A stretch of DNA of 63,246 bases, filler included, from Sphacelaria rigidula (taxonomy: Eukaryota), in the NCBI GenBank assembly GCA_964200075.2. It is 9 parts of 9 records of this genome, joined end to end, with 100 filler letters (N's around TTAATTAATTAA, not from the genome) between each part and the next. Parts side by side here need not be neighbours in the genome. Positions count along the whole stretch, not along the records: positions 35,195 to 42,132 come from CAXNAA020017315.1; positions 42,233 to 49,170 come from CAXNAA020017316.1; positions 49,271 to 56,208 come from CAXNAA020017317.1; 6 more parts are not named here. One strand, 5' to 3'. How positions within the stretch are numbered: the first letter of the stretch is position 1; the number at the start of each line of letters is the position of its first letter. Shown here piece after piece: positions 36,900 to 49,680 of this stretch. Below the pieces are notes generated by a model that saw only the letters and a program-made list of their open reading frames with translations, was not told the DNA's origin and searched no databases. A program made the translations under genes and the position numbers.

Positions 36900-39050
36900 G
36901 ACGCGCGTTGGTCTAATCTGCCATGCGCTTCTTAGCCCCTTCCTTTACGACCCGGGACCACCCGGAACCATCTCGCGCAATTTGCGCCCTTATCGTCGCG
37001 TATATTCGGAAGGTAGAGTACTTATCAGGGACACGGTGTTACACGCGTTTCGTGGATTGGCCTGCCTTCTTCTCCCCTCCGACCATTTCTCTGCGCATGG
37101 CGATGTCGGGGAGGCGCTCGTCCAGCTTGTGCGCGACGTGGCCGGCGTATAGTACGATTTGCCTCGATACGGGTAGCCTTGATGCAATCGCAGGCAGTTC
37201 TCTCGATAATATGGCGGTAGGCATTACGAGATAGTGGGCGGTGCTGTGGGTTCAGACATGCTCGTCGAAGCACCTCAGCAGTAACCCGCGACGGCTGCAA
37301 CGATTGGGTGAGAACGTTCAGATCACGCAGCCGTCGAGCATGATTTCAATCACTTCTGCCACAGGAAACGAACATTTTCGGCCAGGGCAATGTACGCGTT
37401 CCCGTATATCGCTCTGCTGTACTTGACGAAGCACTTCCAGGCCTGGTCAACGCCGCGATTGACGTCAGTGGTTATAACACCGATACTGTTGATGGTGCCG
37501 CCGAGATAGACGAAAATACTCCATTTACTTGCACCTTTGGCCTGCCGCCTGCACCTCAACCACGTCCGCCTTCATGTTTCGGGAGCGTATGTGTATGGGT
37601 ACCGTCTTCTTTCTCGCCACGACGTGATCGGACGCCGCAAGGACTTCGACGACGACCGCCATCATTTTTGTCGGGCGTATCTGAGATCACGACACGATGC
37701 CAGCGTCGTCGGCGTGCGGCATGACCCAAAGCACCTCCCAAAACACGTCCTTGGTGCTCCCACGCCTGGTAGCGATACGAATCACGTCCTCCACCGTAGC
37801 CTTACCGATCGAGAAGCGGTCGAACGTCACCCTGGCTATTACCGCGAAGAAGATGCCGAAAACGTAGGCAATCACATAGCCTTGGCAGAGGCCCGGTTTA
37901 ACGTTAAAACACTCCAAAGTCTCGCCGCTGTCAAGGCACCCGCACGCCTGCGTGCCATCGTGAAACTGGCTGATGATGGAAATCATCTTGACAGACACGC
38001 CGTATCGTGCGAGCACCTTCCAGAGAAAAGTGTGGTCAAGTGGGTCGCACGCCTTCCAGAGGTCGATGAAACACATGTGGAGCAGAAGATTCTTTTTTCT
38101 GGCAAGTTTTTGACGTCTGCGCATAACGTACATCATCGTGTCGACTTTCGACCGGCGGGGTCGGAAATCGTGCTGAGCTCGTGGGACCCTATAGGGAGAT
38201 GCTGTAGTAGTTGCTACATTGGTGCGAGTCCTTTTTCTTGAACAGCAGCGGGATGACAGCGTTTCTCCGTTCGTGAGTCATCCTGCGATAGGGGGGGAGG
38301 GGGGACGGGGGACGGGGGGGTGGCATTCGGGCCATTTCTTCCACGAAAATCCCCTTGAAATCGCCGTCGAAAGTAACAACTACCTGTTGTTCGAACGCGC
38401 TTGTTATCGGTAATACCACTCACTCGTTCCGCTTGACACCGGTTTCCCCAAGTGCAGGCGTGCCGCAAGTGTGTGAGGTCGTCGCACACACCTATGAGTC
38501 CATTTTTTCGTGAAATCACGCCCCCACCACGTAGTGTTTAAATGGTGACGCACCCATGAGGCAGTGTACAAGCCGTGGTTGTCTCAGGAAGTGGCGACAT
38601 TCAAATGCAAGATAATCAGTGCGCTTCGGGCCGTACAATCTCAGCAGGATGCAGCTCACCCTCCACGCGTTGGGATATATGTGTGGCTTTCGTAGCTTGT
38701 GCATGAAATACACAACGTTCGTATGTCGACCTGACGGGAACAATTGGTTCAACCTGTGAACCCAGCTCTGACAATAGAGCTCGCAGAGGCTGCACAGTGT
38801 TGGTTAAACACTTGCTTGTGCAACGGGAAAAGATCTTTGTCAATCCCAACAGCCTTGCCGTTGGTGAACTCGCCCGGTGCTTCTTTCACTTTTTCCGTCG
38901 AGGGCTCGGCCGTGAGCGCTGCGTCCCCCGGCATCTGTTTCATGGCATCGATGGCAGAGTCGTTGAGCGTAGACGAGATTGCATTCAAAAGCTTCTGCAA
39001 CCACTTTTTCCGCATCTATAGAACGTTGCTTGTCCCGCAACACCTCTAAC
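36900..39050 (-). mobile_element. Decayed LINE (RTE-like) reverse transcriptase
   Basis: RT motifs appear in order on the minus strand: NGKAVGID, IPLLFKKKDSHQCSNYYSISL, MCFIDLWKACD, GLCQGYVIA, HADDAGIVS, FVYLGG. Many stops, frameshifts and insertions. Confidence 0.9.
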
Positions 39051-39164
39051 GCGCTCCTGATGTCGACTTAGTCTCACCCCTTTTCCCCGTCCATCTCCAA
39101 GGACTTGATGTGCTGGTACAGCATTTCTTGGTCCTTCCGGCGGGGTAACTTCGCTGTCTTGGCG

Positions 39165-39418
39165 GTGTGTGTGTGTGTTGTCGTTCCATGTATTCTGGGC
39201 AACGCTCTGCACGTTTTGATATATGTGGGCGCGCCAGCCGGGGTCACGCAGGAGGAAGGCCAACACAGTTTTTTTTCGTTTTTGTTTGTTTTAGTTCTCT
39301 ACCTTCCTCCTGGAGTGCTGCCCTTTATTTTCTATCGCGAGAGGGGTTCAGCCAGGTTCAGTAGTCCCTTTCCCTTGTCGACCCTGAAGTCGAATTTTGT
39401 GCACCCACGACATAGTCG
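39165..39418 (-). mobile_element. tRNA-derived SINE, 3' part only, cut by the LTR element
   Basis: Core AGCCGGGGTCACGCAGGAGGAAGGCC and (TG)n tail are present. Homology stops abruptly at ...CATAGTCG|TGAACTC. Confidence 0.85.
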
Positions 39419-39821
39419 TGAACTCAAAATATCTTGTGTGTTACTTCTTACACAGCAGTAGTGTAGCAGTATGTAGCCTCTGCCAGACGATCTAGACGAG
39501 AGGACTATCCACGAGGGACTCTTCCAGTAGCACTGGCCTCGTCCTCGACAAGTCCTTTCTTCTCACTTGTTATTATCACGGAGTGATCCTCAACAGATCA
39601 CATCACAAGAGCTAGACAGCAAGGGGCCACACAGATAAGGGCCATCAATCCAGGATCCCCTGTCCCCTGCCACTGCTCCAATCATGCATGCGATTGTACC
39701 GAGACCTACGGCTTGGTATCATTTGGCTACAGCAACCTCAAAGCGAGTTCAAGACAAACGAAGGAGTTGACAACCAGCAAAAACCTAGGAGAAATCGCAT
39801 GCGCCAGATCACAAGGAAACA
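39419..39821 (-). repeat. Candidate 3' LTR of the gypsy element (inner boundary uncertain: 39751 or 39821)
   Basis: Begins TG exactly at the SINE breakpoint and lies downstream of the chromodomain. TGAACTC...GAGTTCA inverted termini span 39419-39751. The alternative boundary near 39821 is next to a short purine run on the minus strand. Confidence 0.5.
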
Positions 39822-39845
39822 TACCCTCCGACGCTAATTTACTGG

Positions 39846-42132
39846 TCAGCGCCCGAGGTAACCGCATTCCCGCAGCCCCTTCGAAAAACCTTCAGGCGCA
39901 GAAAAATGAATCTTGCGAGGAGACTCCCACGTATGTTTTTCAGCTCCGAACCCCTCCCAATCGACCAAAACATTGACATCACCATTGTCATCCTCAGCGA
40001 CGTGCACCAAAGCATTCATCCGACATTCACCTTGAGCATACAAATGCTGAAATACATCGTTTAGTTCCACAGTGATGTGTGCAACTGCGAGTCGGCATAG
40101 AAACTTAAACGAGCGACATGAGCCGAGTGCACGGCGCCAAAAACAATGTTCTGCACCGAATACACATGAGCGTGATCGGCTCCGACCACTCGCCACGGAT
40201 CTGTCCACGTGGACATCAACTTTGGCGTCACATCTTGCCTACGATCACGGGCATACAATACGACATCCCCAACTGTATACTTGGGCAACACAGCCTGGCC
40301 CTGAGCGAGCTTGCGTTTGGTTTCGCGAGACACTGCGATAGCAGCTTGCACTTCTCTACAAAACCGCACTTGCTCGTCAACCACGCCTCGAACCTTGTCA
40401 CGCAACGAATCAACATCAGCCATACGAGAGTCGTAGGAAAAGAATGAACACCGTCGCCGACTGTTTCACGCTGCGCGGTACGAATGACATCTACCGAGGG
40501 CAGCGAATCATCGGCATCACACGCGCTGTACACGACAACAGAACGAACAGGCACGGTAGGAACCTTCACCAAGCGAGACAACAAATCTCCCCAAAAAATG
40601 CGCTCTCCAGGAATGTGTTCACTGACATACCGATATTGTTGTTGGGCTCCCAGCAACGCCCGCATGTCTTCTTGGCTTGGCATCACCCCCGGAGACTGTT
40701 CCACTTGCGCGTACCCCGCCTGATAGTCGCTGTCCAAACGGACTGTGTCCCTCTTCGGCATCGCCATCGCTGGACTCGCTTACACAGCTTGAATATTCCT
40801 AACCAACAAACCCAATGGCACCAAAACTGCGATGCATGAAGCAAGCCACACGGTCTTCACCGGATCGCAGCGGCGAGGTTTGGCCTTCACAGCCTTCTTC
40901 ATTGGCTCCACGCGCACTGGCGGATCACCACGCAGCGCACGGCGAAATGTATCTACGCGACGAGCCAAAATATCGCGCAGACAATGTGCGTCATCGGCGC
41001 TCAGGCCCTTCTGCTCGGCCTGCCGCACACTATCCTCAAGCGCACGTTCCCGTGTACCTCTTTCCTGTGCTGGGTCCATGAACATATCAGGCCCTCGATC
41101 GACCAAGCGCTCGACCGCTTCATCAGCAGGAGCCTCCTTCTCATTGGCGCTCTGGAATGGCCGTATGGATACGATCACACGCCTTGCAGCAAGGTAAATG
41201 GGGTTTTCCACGCCGGTTTGCACCGGCACAGCACGCGGACGTAACGTTTCCAACGCCAGCGGATATCAATCAATCCCAAGCTCCTTGATTGTCGCCATCT
41301 CAAATAGCAGCACCACGTTGTCCCTGCCGGGCATGACAGCGAAAGTAATGGGCTGCAACTGCAGAGCCCCCCACGGCGTACGCAGGCTAACGGTAATCGG
41401 CATCGTTTTGGGTGTAACCGTCACGGGAGCACCCGTGGCGGTCTGCGCCGTTTGCGGTCCGTTTCCGAACGGAATCTGAAGCTGAGCGCCGCCAAACTGC
41501 GAAGACATTTGCTCAAGCAACCCCGCACCGAACGACGTGAGCGAGGACCCCAAATCCAGAACAACGCGCGCCATGAGCGAACCTACAGAGCCAGGCAAGG
41601 CTAAATCTGCGCGTAAGCATTCAGCTTTGCGATCGACAGGTACCACGCCTGCCGAAGAACCCTGTTCTGTCCCAAGAGTCACCTGACGCCAGGGCTGCCC
41701 TCCAGCACTTGGCATCAATAGCTGCGAATCGTCGGTCCAACCAGACCAAGTCGCTGAATATGCAGACGGCGCTGTTGCAGCCGTCGCAGCCGTAGGGAAT
41801 GCACCAGACACGGATCCTGCCTAGCCGAGGGGTTGCGAGCTATTCGCTCCAGCACTCCCCATCGAAGTATCTTCATTACCCATGTACACTGTCCGCCCCG
41901 CTACGGACGAACCACAAGATCTAGAGTCACCACCTAATGATGTATTGGAAACAACAGCAGCGGAGGAAACATCATCCGTCGCCGATTGCTTGCAGCTGCG
42001 GCCGCCGCGCCCGCGTCCCTGATTGGCACGGCCCCGTCCACCGTGACGACCGCCCCGAGATCCTGATAAATCTCGTGCATTGCCCTGTGCCGCGCCTTGA
42101 GCGCGAGGCTTGGGGCAGTGCATGATCATATG
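39846..42132 (-). mobile_element. Ty3/gypsy retrotransposon with chromodomain, internally deleted and decayed
   Basis: Domain order: zinc-knuckle end (HMIMHCP), aspartic protease (VVLDLGSS), RT start (LRGDPPVRVEP...AMPK...RLDSDY), RNase H end (EHIPGERIFWGDLLSR), integrase C-terminus (GDVVLYAR...PKLMSTWTDPWRVV), chromodomain (VLVDWEGFGAEKHTWE). Confidence 0.9.
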
Positions 42133-42884
42133 NNNNNNNNNNNNNNNNNNNNNNNNNNNNNNNNNNNNNNNNNNNNTTAATTAATTAANNNNNNNNNNNN
42201 NNNNNNNNNNNNNNNNNNNNNNNNNNNNNNNNAGATTTGAATCCTCCGGGTTCTCATCCTCAATGAAAAGCACCATCCTCAACATAGATGATCGGCTGTT
42301 AAGACCGGAACGTCACCCGATTTCTGTTCAACAACTAAGTTCTAAAGACCCCACCAACTATGGTGATGTGAAGACCAAATTTTGGTCTCGGGCTCGATCT
42401 TTCCTATTGGTCAACGATCCCAAGTCCGCATTACGGTTAGGATTCGGATGATTTGGGGAGCAGATTTGCCCCTAAACTCCGCAGCCAAAAGCCCGTTTTG
42501 GTCTTCCCTCGGTTTGGTCTTTTAGATATATATGCTAGTGGCCGAAAGGCCCGAAGGGTTTTCCGCTCCCCCGGCACATACCACACCAGCTCCATCATCG
42601 CGCGTAGGGCGCACACCAGGCCACACGCCGAGAACGGTTGGTGTGACAGTGGTGTTCTCTTGGAGTCAGCACAGCAGCATATATTATGCACAAAGAAGGA
42701 GTGTTGAGCACAACTTGACACAGACAGCGAGTAGCTCGAACAACATGAACCAAACGCGACGTGCATCCGGCTTGCACGAAAGTTCAGAGCACGGGAAGGG
42801 AGCAAGCATGGGATACAGCAGGAGACGTTTTGTTTACTCACCTCCCACAGCTGAGGGTAACTCAAGGTGAATTTCAAGATTTTT

Positions 42885-44095
42885 GCGAGAAGCGCGATCA
42901 TGGCCGAGCGTTCAAACATTTGCACTCGGCAAGAATTGAGGATCCGTCTAAAATGAGGGGAAGGACTATGACATGAGACATTTTCTATTTCACCGTGCTG
43001 CAGCACAAATATACTCACGCTCTCTCTCATGTGCTGTAGCTATAACTGTGGTGTGGTGTGGTGTGGTGTGGTCGGACCTTTACGAAGATGGTTTGGTGTC
43101 CGCTGGGATTGCGTCAGTTGCCTTACTGTCACTGCCTTGGTTTTTACAGAAAATGAGGAAAAATATGTTTTTCGGTACGCAGTGCTGTCTACACACTACT
43201 GTCTGTTGTGTGTTGGCTGTTTCGTCTTTCATGAAACGAACAAGGCGCTTCCCACACCCATCATTTCTATGCTGTATTCGTCGCTGTGCTGTTGCGCATT
43301 TGGACACTCTACGACGAACATGGTGTGATGTGCGCTGGAGAGTGCCTTAACAGTTGTAGTGTTGCATGCGGTGTTCCGGTAAGCACAGAAGTGGGGTGAG
43401 ATCAAAGTGCTGTACACTAGCTACTGTCTGTACACAAAGGTGAAACGATGAAACGATCACGTAGCGACTGTGCAGCTGTCTGTTGCGTCTCCGCCCGTAC
43501 TTCAGCTATAGTCGGGTGCTGGGATCGGAGAAGACACGCAAGGCGGACGCGTGCACGTTGGGGCGAACATACTGAGCCAGCGCGGAGCTGCTCTATCCCA
43601 AGTTTGATGACAGGAGCTGTCTGCCTTGATGTCCCATGTAATAGTTCTTCCCCCCATTTCAGACGGGTCCTCAGTTCTTGCCGAGTGCCATGTTTTGAAC
43701 GCTTGGCCATGATCGCGCTTCGCATGAGAAGCGCAATTATGGTCCAGCGTTTGTAAACCGCCATTCGGCCAAAATCGAGCTCATCCGGGGAAGAACTATC
43801 CTATGGGACATGTCCTACATCACTGTGCTGCAGTACGAACACACTCATGCGCTGTCTCTTGTGCTGTAGCTGTCGCTGCGCTGTGGTGTCTCCAGGCCTT
43901 TTCGAAGACGGTTTGGTCTCCGCTGGGACTGACTGCGTGAGTTGTTTTGTTACTGTCGTGGCGTTCGTCTCCTCGAAAAATCATGCTGTCAACACGTAGT
44001 GCCCTCTAGACACTGTTTCTGTTGACACTCGAGAGTATCTGAACAGTTGCAGTGCTGCATACGGTGCTTCGGTATGTACCGAGTTGGGGTGGCAC
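42885..44095. repeat. Cluster of a dispersed repeat family: copies at about 42885-43410 (+), 43625-43725 (-) and 43785-44095 (+), plus 47050-47310 (+)
   Basis: Shared motifs CACTCGGCAAGAA.TGAGGA.CCGTCT, GGGAAG.ACTAT...GACAT and GAAGA.GGTTTGGT.TCCGCTGGGA. Confidence 0.7.
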
Positions 44096-44508
44096 CAAAA
44101 TTTTTATCGACTTTTGGAGGAATGATACTTTGTTTGGGACTGAACACGGATAATATACTTTTCAATACGACCTACTGTCTGTTACCTAGACTTTACCTGG
44201 ATGCTCCGCAAATATAGAGAATATACTGCAGGAGAAATCCTCACGACTTTACACCCACTCGCACTCGAGTGCGGACAAAGCCAGTATCAGTTGTATATCT
44301 TCGCTGGACCCAGCAGCAAGTAACAGTGAGCGTGCATCGTTCTGCACTGAACACAGTCTACTGCACGCTACAGGTGTCTCTACTTAGTGTTCCACAGCAG
44401 CACTACAGTGTGAAGCTATGTTGGCAAGACAAGAGGGATCAGGCAAGCGGCAAAGACAGGCCACGAGTAAAAAGTACGTCGTTTGTGCTCACGTGATTCA
44501 TGATTTGT

Positions 44509-47500
44509 TCCAATTTTCAAATTGGTTGTTGTCTCAGGCCAATCCAGACTCGGCATTGGATTTCTGTGTCAGTAAACTGTCTCGTTTTTTTCAGAATATC
44601 TTGAAAAAACAAGCAGAACTTTTTAAAACTGCCCAAAGCGTGACCCCATCATATGGAGTACAGAGAAGTACACTGAACACAACACAGAGTTCTTGCAGTG
44701 TTTGCAGTGTTACTTTTTAGAACCTGAACACGCCTACAGTGTTGTGCTTCGTAGAACCTACTGTACAGACAGATACCGCACAGCAGACAGCAGCCAAATT
44801 GCATAAAACGATGGTGTATCATCCAATCCCGCAAGGGAGCTGCCGTACCGCTGATTATCCAAATCAGAATTATCTTGCGCTACTACTGTAACAAGAGCAG
44901 TGGGCGGGGCAACAGTTGTAGTCGCAACCGGGTTAGGATATCACTCCAACAACATTTGAGTCAGGTGCCACACCCCGGCCCCTCACACTACTTGAGACTG
45001 CTGCCGAGATAGCCCCCACCCCAAACCGGCCAAAAACGTGCACGGGGGCGGTACTCATCAATGCCGTTAGAGCTGGTTTCTTGCTGCCCGACGCGACTCA
45101 TTTGGGCGTCAGAGCTGATTTCGCACTGCTACACGCCTCTCATGTGGGCGAAGTTGCTGTAAACGAGCCCAAGAGTGAAATCGCAGCCGGTTTGCCGGAC
45201 GGTCTTCGGTGCACTTTTTGTAGGGGGGCTATCTCGGCATTAGTCTTGAGTCCGTTCTCTCTCTTGCACGTGAGACATATATATATTTTCTGGAATCGTA
45301 TCCTCCCGCATGGGACTTGTGCCGTCCTTGCCTGCCCTGGGCCTGGGATCCTTCAGACCTGGAACTAAAGCTTCCCCCATCCGAGCTATCCATATATTCC
45401 CCTACAGCCGGAGGTGAGTGAAGAGGAGGGCCGGATTGGAGTGCTTCGACGTCCCGCCGGAATAGCTAGACTTGGTGCCACTCCACAAGGCTGACACCTT
45501 GGGAACAGGTCCTTCGCAGAAAACGGAAATCGTCTAGAGTGATAGAGACCCTCCTCCCTCAATGGTGCTGGGGTTTGGACTGTGATGGGGCTGTACCGGT
45601 ACCATCTGGATTACCGGCCGACGCTCAATTTTGGGGGCAGCCGGACTCTCCCCACCCCCGCCTTGAGTGACCCCCGACGCTAAGTCCACGTGTAGAGGAC
45701 TTAGAAGGTCTTTTTCAACGACTAACCTAGTACAACTTGACGTAAGCCCCGACAAAGGCACATATGGGGACGGGAGAAACTAAATGTTTTGGTCATCATA
45801 TCTCCGCCAAAGGGATTTCTCCGGATCAGGAAAAGGTACTGGCTCTCACTAAGATGCCAATGCCGTCTGATGTATCTCAGCTCAGATCGTTGTTGGAAGG
45901 TTTGGGATACTACCGTAAATTTATCCCGTGGATGGCTGCAAGACTCAAGCCTCTGACGTAATCGCTGAAGAAAGGGGTTCCTTTTCAGTTTACCCTGGAG
46001 CATGCGTCTATAGTCAAGGAAATAATAAAACATTTCCTTGACAGGTGCGAATGTTTTAGCATTTCCAAATCATGAAAATGCAGCTTCAGCAAAACGACCG
46101 TATATGCTTACCACGGATGCATCACTACATGGTCTGGGCGCGGTGGTGGAACAACGGCAAGAGGATAATACGGTTCGACCTTTAGTTTTTCCAAGTAGAG
46201 GAACGCTCCCCAACGAGAGAAATTGGAGTGTGTCCGCATTAGAGGCAGCGGCTATTGTATGGGCCATCAAATAGAACAGGCCACTTTTCTATGGCGAGCC
46301 CTTCGAAATATATACTGATCATCAACCTTTGCGAAATTTTGTTGAGCCCAGCAAAAAACGTTCCGCGAGTTCAGCGTTGGCATGACTTCTTTAGTGCGTA
46401 CACTGACAAAATCGTGTACAAATCACGGCGGGTTGATGCAAATGCTGATATGTTGTCTCGTCTACCACAGCAGCCGAGTGATGCTGATATTCCGGGGGAT
46501 GCTCAAATTACGGATCCGGAAGACATGGGTGTCTATTTTAATGGCGCTGATGGGATACGGCCGAGATTTTGGATCGAATGCTATGCAGGGCCCTTGCCCG
46601 AGGGTTCTCGGCATACGTTGGGTTGGGGTTAGGGGTAGGGGTAGGGAAACTTGCAAAATGTGTCAACCAGAAAAATTTGTAGCCCAAGGTCTGCGAACCC
46701 TTGGACCACGATGTGTGCAGTCCATCTTGAAGGTAAATACTGTTTTCAAGAAAAATTGATGCCGATTCAGAAGGTGTTCTATACATGTACCCTCAGCCAG
46801 CGAACGTAGTCCGTCTGGACTTTGCAAACCTTTTCAAGTGGAATTGATGCCGATTCAACAGATGACGTACTTTCGTCGTCCAAGGGTTGCCTCAAAAAGT
46901 GAGCAAACTGAAGCTATACCGGGACAGAACCTGCTTGATTAAATTTGCGGGCGCAGCCTATATCACAAGCAAATTTCCCACAAAGATATACGGGTAACCC
47001 AAAGTGATTTGAATGAAGCCGGGATGTGCCCGAGCGTTTAATCTCGGCCCTGGCCCAAAGTTGAGGACCTCTCCAAAATCAGAGGGAGGACTGAAACATG
47101 GGACATGCCCTGCTTCGCTACTACTGTACCGCAGCAAACACCTTTAAGCCCTTCTCATGTGTTGAAGCTTCAACTGCCTGTACTGTTGTGATGTGTTGAG
47201 GCAGTTTGAAGACGGCTTGGATTGTATGCGAGCTGCGATATTGTCGTTGTGTTCGTTTCTGCAGAAAACAATTTTAGTCTGCACGTAGTGCTTACTGCAC
47301 ACTGTTGGAAACTTCATGGGTATATTGGCTTTTTTTCGTCTTCTGTAAGACTAAGAGCCCACCACAGCACGTAGCTCACTCGGTGGACCCTACCACAAAA
47401 TTAGATGCCTAAGTTTTCGCCAACAAGAACTAACGCCAAAAGTGTGGTGGTGTCGGTTCAGGCACACGTTTCACTGCAGTAACGTTGATGCGTGGCGGTC

Positions 47501-47895
47501 ACGACTGCTACAGTTCGTGTTCTTGTCTTGTTATGCTCTCCATGACGGTAAACGTGGGGTGGCACCTCGAAGGCGTTTTCTTTCGTAGTAGAACAGCAGC
47601 AGCAGCTCGACAATATTGATTTTGCAACCAGAGAAAGCAGCTGATGCATACTATATACAGTCCGAGTTCAGGTTCTGAAGAACACTGCAGATTTGTGTCG
47701 TGTTCAGTTAAGTACCCTGTACTCCATATAATGGGGTCACGTTTTGGGCAGTTTTTCGAAACGTTCTGCTTGTTTTTTTTAAAAGTTCTAAGTTTTTTTA
47801 TCAAGTATTCTGAAAAAAACGAGACAGTTTTCTGTCACAGAAATGCAATGCCGAATCTGAAACGGCCTGAGACAACAACCAATTTGAAAATTGGA
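44509..47895. mobile_element. Pair of roughly 220-bp inverted repeats enclosing 3.4 kb (long-TIR element candidate)
   Basis: TCCAATTTTCAAATTGGTTGTTGTCTCAGGCC... (44509-44730) mirrors ...GGCCTGAGACAACAACCAATTTGAAAATTGGA (47665-47895). TTTGT flanks both ends directly. Confidence 0.65.
45720..46560 (+). mobile_element. Ty3/gypsy pol relic (RT C-terminus and RNase H)
   Basis: FGHHISAKGISPD...LRSLLEGLGYYRKFIP, LTTDASLHGLGAVVEQ, LEAAAIVWAIK, IYTDHQPL, ANADMLSRLP. Stops and frameshifts are present. Confidence 0.92.
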
Positions 47896-49439
47896 TTTGT
47901 GCCGTGAGGCAGAGACCAGCTAGACACCCCGAAGGGGTCTGGTTTGTGTGCGGGGTATTTCTCCCGGCCACAGAAAGAGGCGGTGGAAATGTTCTAGGTC
48001 CCTCGATGTTCTGCCGTGCGGCGACGTGGAGGGTGAGTTTGGAGAGGCAGAGAGTTGTCACCAGCGGGTAAGTTTGGGTAAAAAAAGGCAAAAAATTGGG
48101 GAAGGAGGGTGAGGGAGAAAAATAGTAGATGGCGGTCAGTCGCCCCACCGTGCTCGGACTAAAGCCCCCCCCTGCCCAGCCCTTGTTACTCAAGGCACTA
48201 TGAACAGTGGATCCTGGAAAATGGGGTCGATCTCAAAAGTGAGGTTCAAGTGGCACATCGTTTTTGGCAGGGATTACGCGAAACAGCTACACAGAGCCGA
48301 ACCATCTTTACCCCCAAAACTCTGGAGCAGTAAATCAGTCGTGGCTGGTGAACCGAACGAATGCGGTGTACGCGCGTGTCGATGACGATATCACCAGAGA
48401 AAGAAGCAACGACGGAGAGGAAGCTCCTCGCCCGTGTCCGTTGTGTGTCCTCGCTCGGCGATTACCAATCGCTCGAGAGGCTGGCATCATCGATGTTGCC
48501 AGCATGTATCCACTTTTCCATGTGCCGGTACGCATGTTATGATATTGCTGCGCACAGCCCCCTAAAGAGCATCGAGGTGCGGAGAGATTTCGTCTCTTCT
48601 TTTCTCTGGAGCTCACCGGTGCGAAGATCGATTTCTCTCTGCCTCTCTTTTTGAACAGGGCGCGCCTCTGTGCGCTGAAAAACATATCGCTGAAACGCAG
48701 GGCAATGTTCCCGTCACCGCTACTACTGTTCTCTGTCACACACATGCCAGCAAGGGCGATGCTGTGGCGAGAAGAACAGATGCAATTTGAACTTGGGTGT
48801 TATTCATCGTTGATTTTACCCTGACATGTCTGGCCATCATGTCGCCGAACCACAAGAGCGTGTCGCAGGCCAGTTGAGGGGCGTGTGTGGGAGAGAGAGA
48901 GCTATAAAACATTGGTGGAGAGCGTCTTGACATGCGGAGTGAAAAAACATACCTCTGGTGGTGACCTAACTGTTGCTAGCGTGGTGCGGAGGGGTGTCTC
49001 CATGCTGCAATCTGGAGCTTTCGTTGCTCTACTCTACTGACTGCCGTCTGCAGAGACGTCACCCACCATAACAACATGTATGTACCCAATTTCGGAACAG
49101 CTATAGAAACAAAACACTTCGATTTTATAAACTACGTCCACATGATTGAAATGACACTTGTTACCTGAGGNNNNNNNNNNNNNNNNNNNNNNNNNNNNNN
49201 NNNNNNNNNNNNNNTTAATTAATTAANNNNNNNNNNNNNNNNNNNNNNNNNNNNNNNNNNNNNNNNNNNNGTGCGGCGGCAGTGGATGGGTCGCGGCGGG
49301 GACGGGTACGGTATGGTGTAGTGGTGGAGCAGGATGTCGGCGCGGCGGCAGGTCGGCGGTGGCGGCGGCATGCTGTTGTGGTTGTGAGTGGGCGTGGTTT
49401 CGCGGCGGCGGCGGGTCGACGGTGGTGTCGGGGGTATGT

Positions 49440-49680
49440 CGTTGTGAGGGAGCGTGGTGGTGTGGCGGCGGCAAGTTGACGGCGGCAGCAGGTGCGGAGT
49501 GATGTGGTTGCTGGGCATGGTGGTGTGGCGGCGGCAAGTTGGCGGCGGCGACAGGTGCGGAGTGATGTGGTTGCGGGGCATGGTGGTGTGGCGGCGGCAA
49601 GTTGGCGGCGGCGGCAGGTGCGGAGTGATGTGGTAGCGGGGCATGGTGGTGTGGCGGCGGCAAGTTGGCGGCGGCGGCGA
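49440..49680 (-). repeat. 60-bp coding tandem repeat, about 4 copies (AAANLPPPHHHAPxPHHSAP), in the integrase-RT linker
   Basis: The unit GCATGGTGGTGTGGCGGCGGCAAGTTGGCGGCGG...AGGTGCGGAGTGATGTGG recurs every 60 bp in frame. Confidence 0.92.

Noticed and set aside
37537..38241. Long plus-strand ORFs here and at 49832-50611, 50992-51630 and 52905-53492
   Set aside because: They are antisense shadows of the LINE and copia coding sequences.
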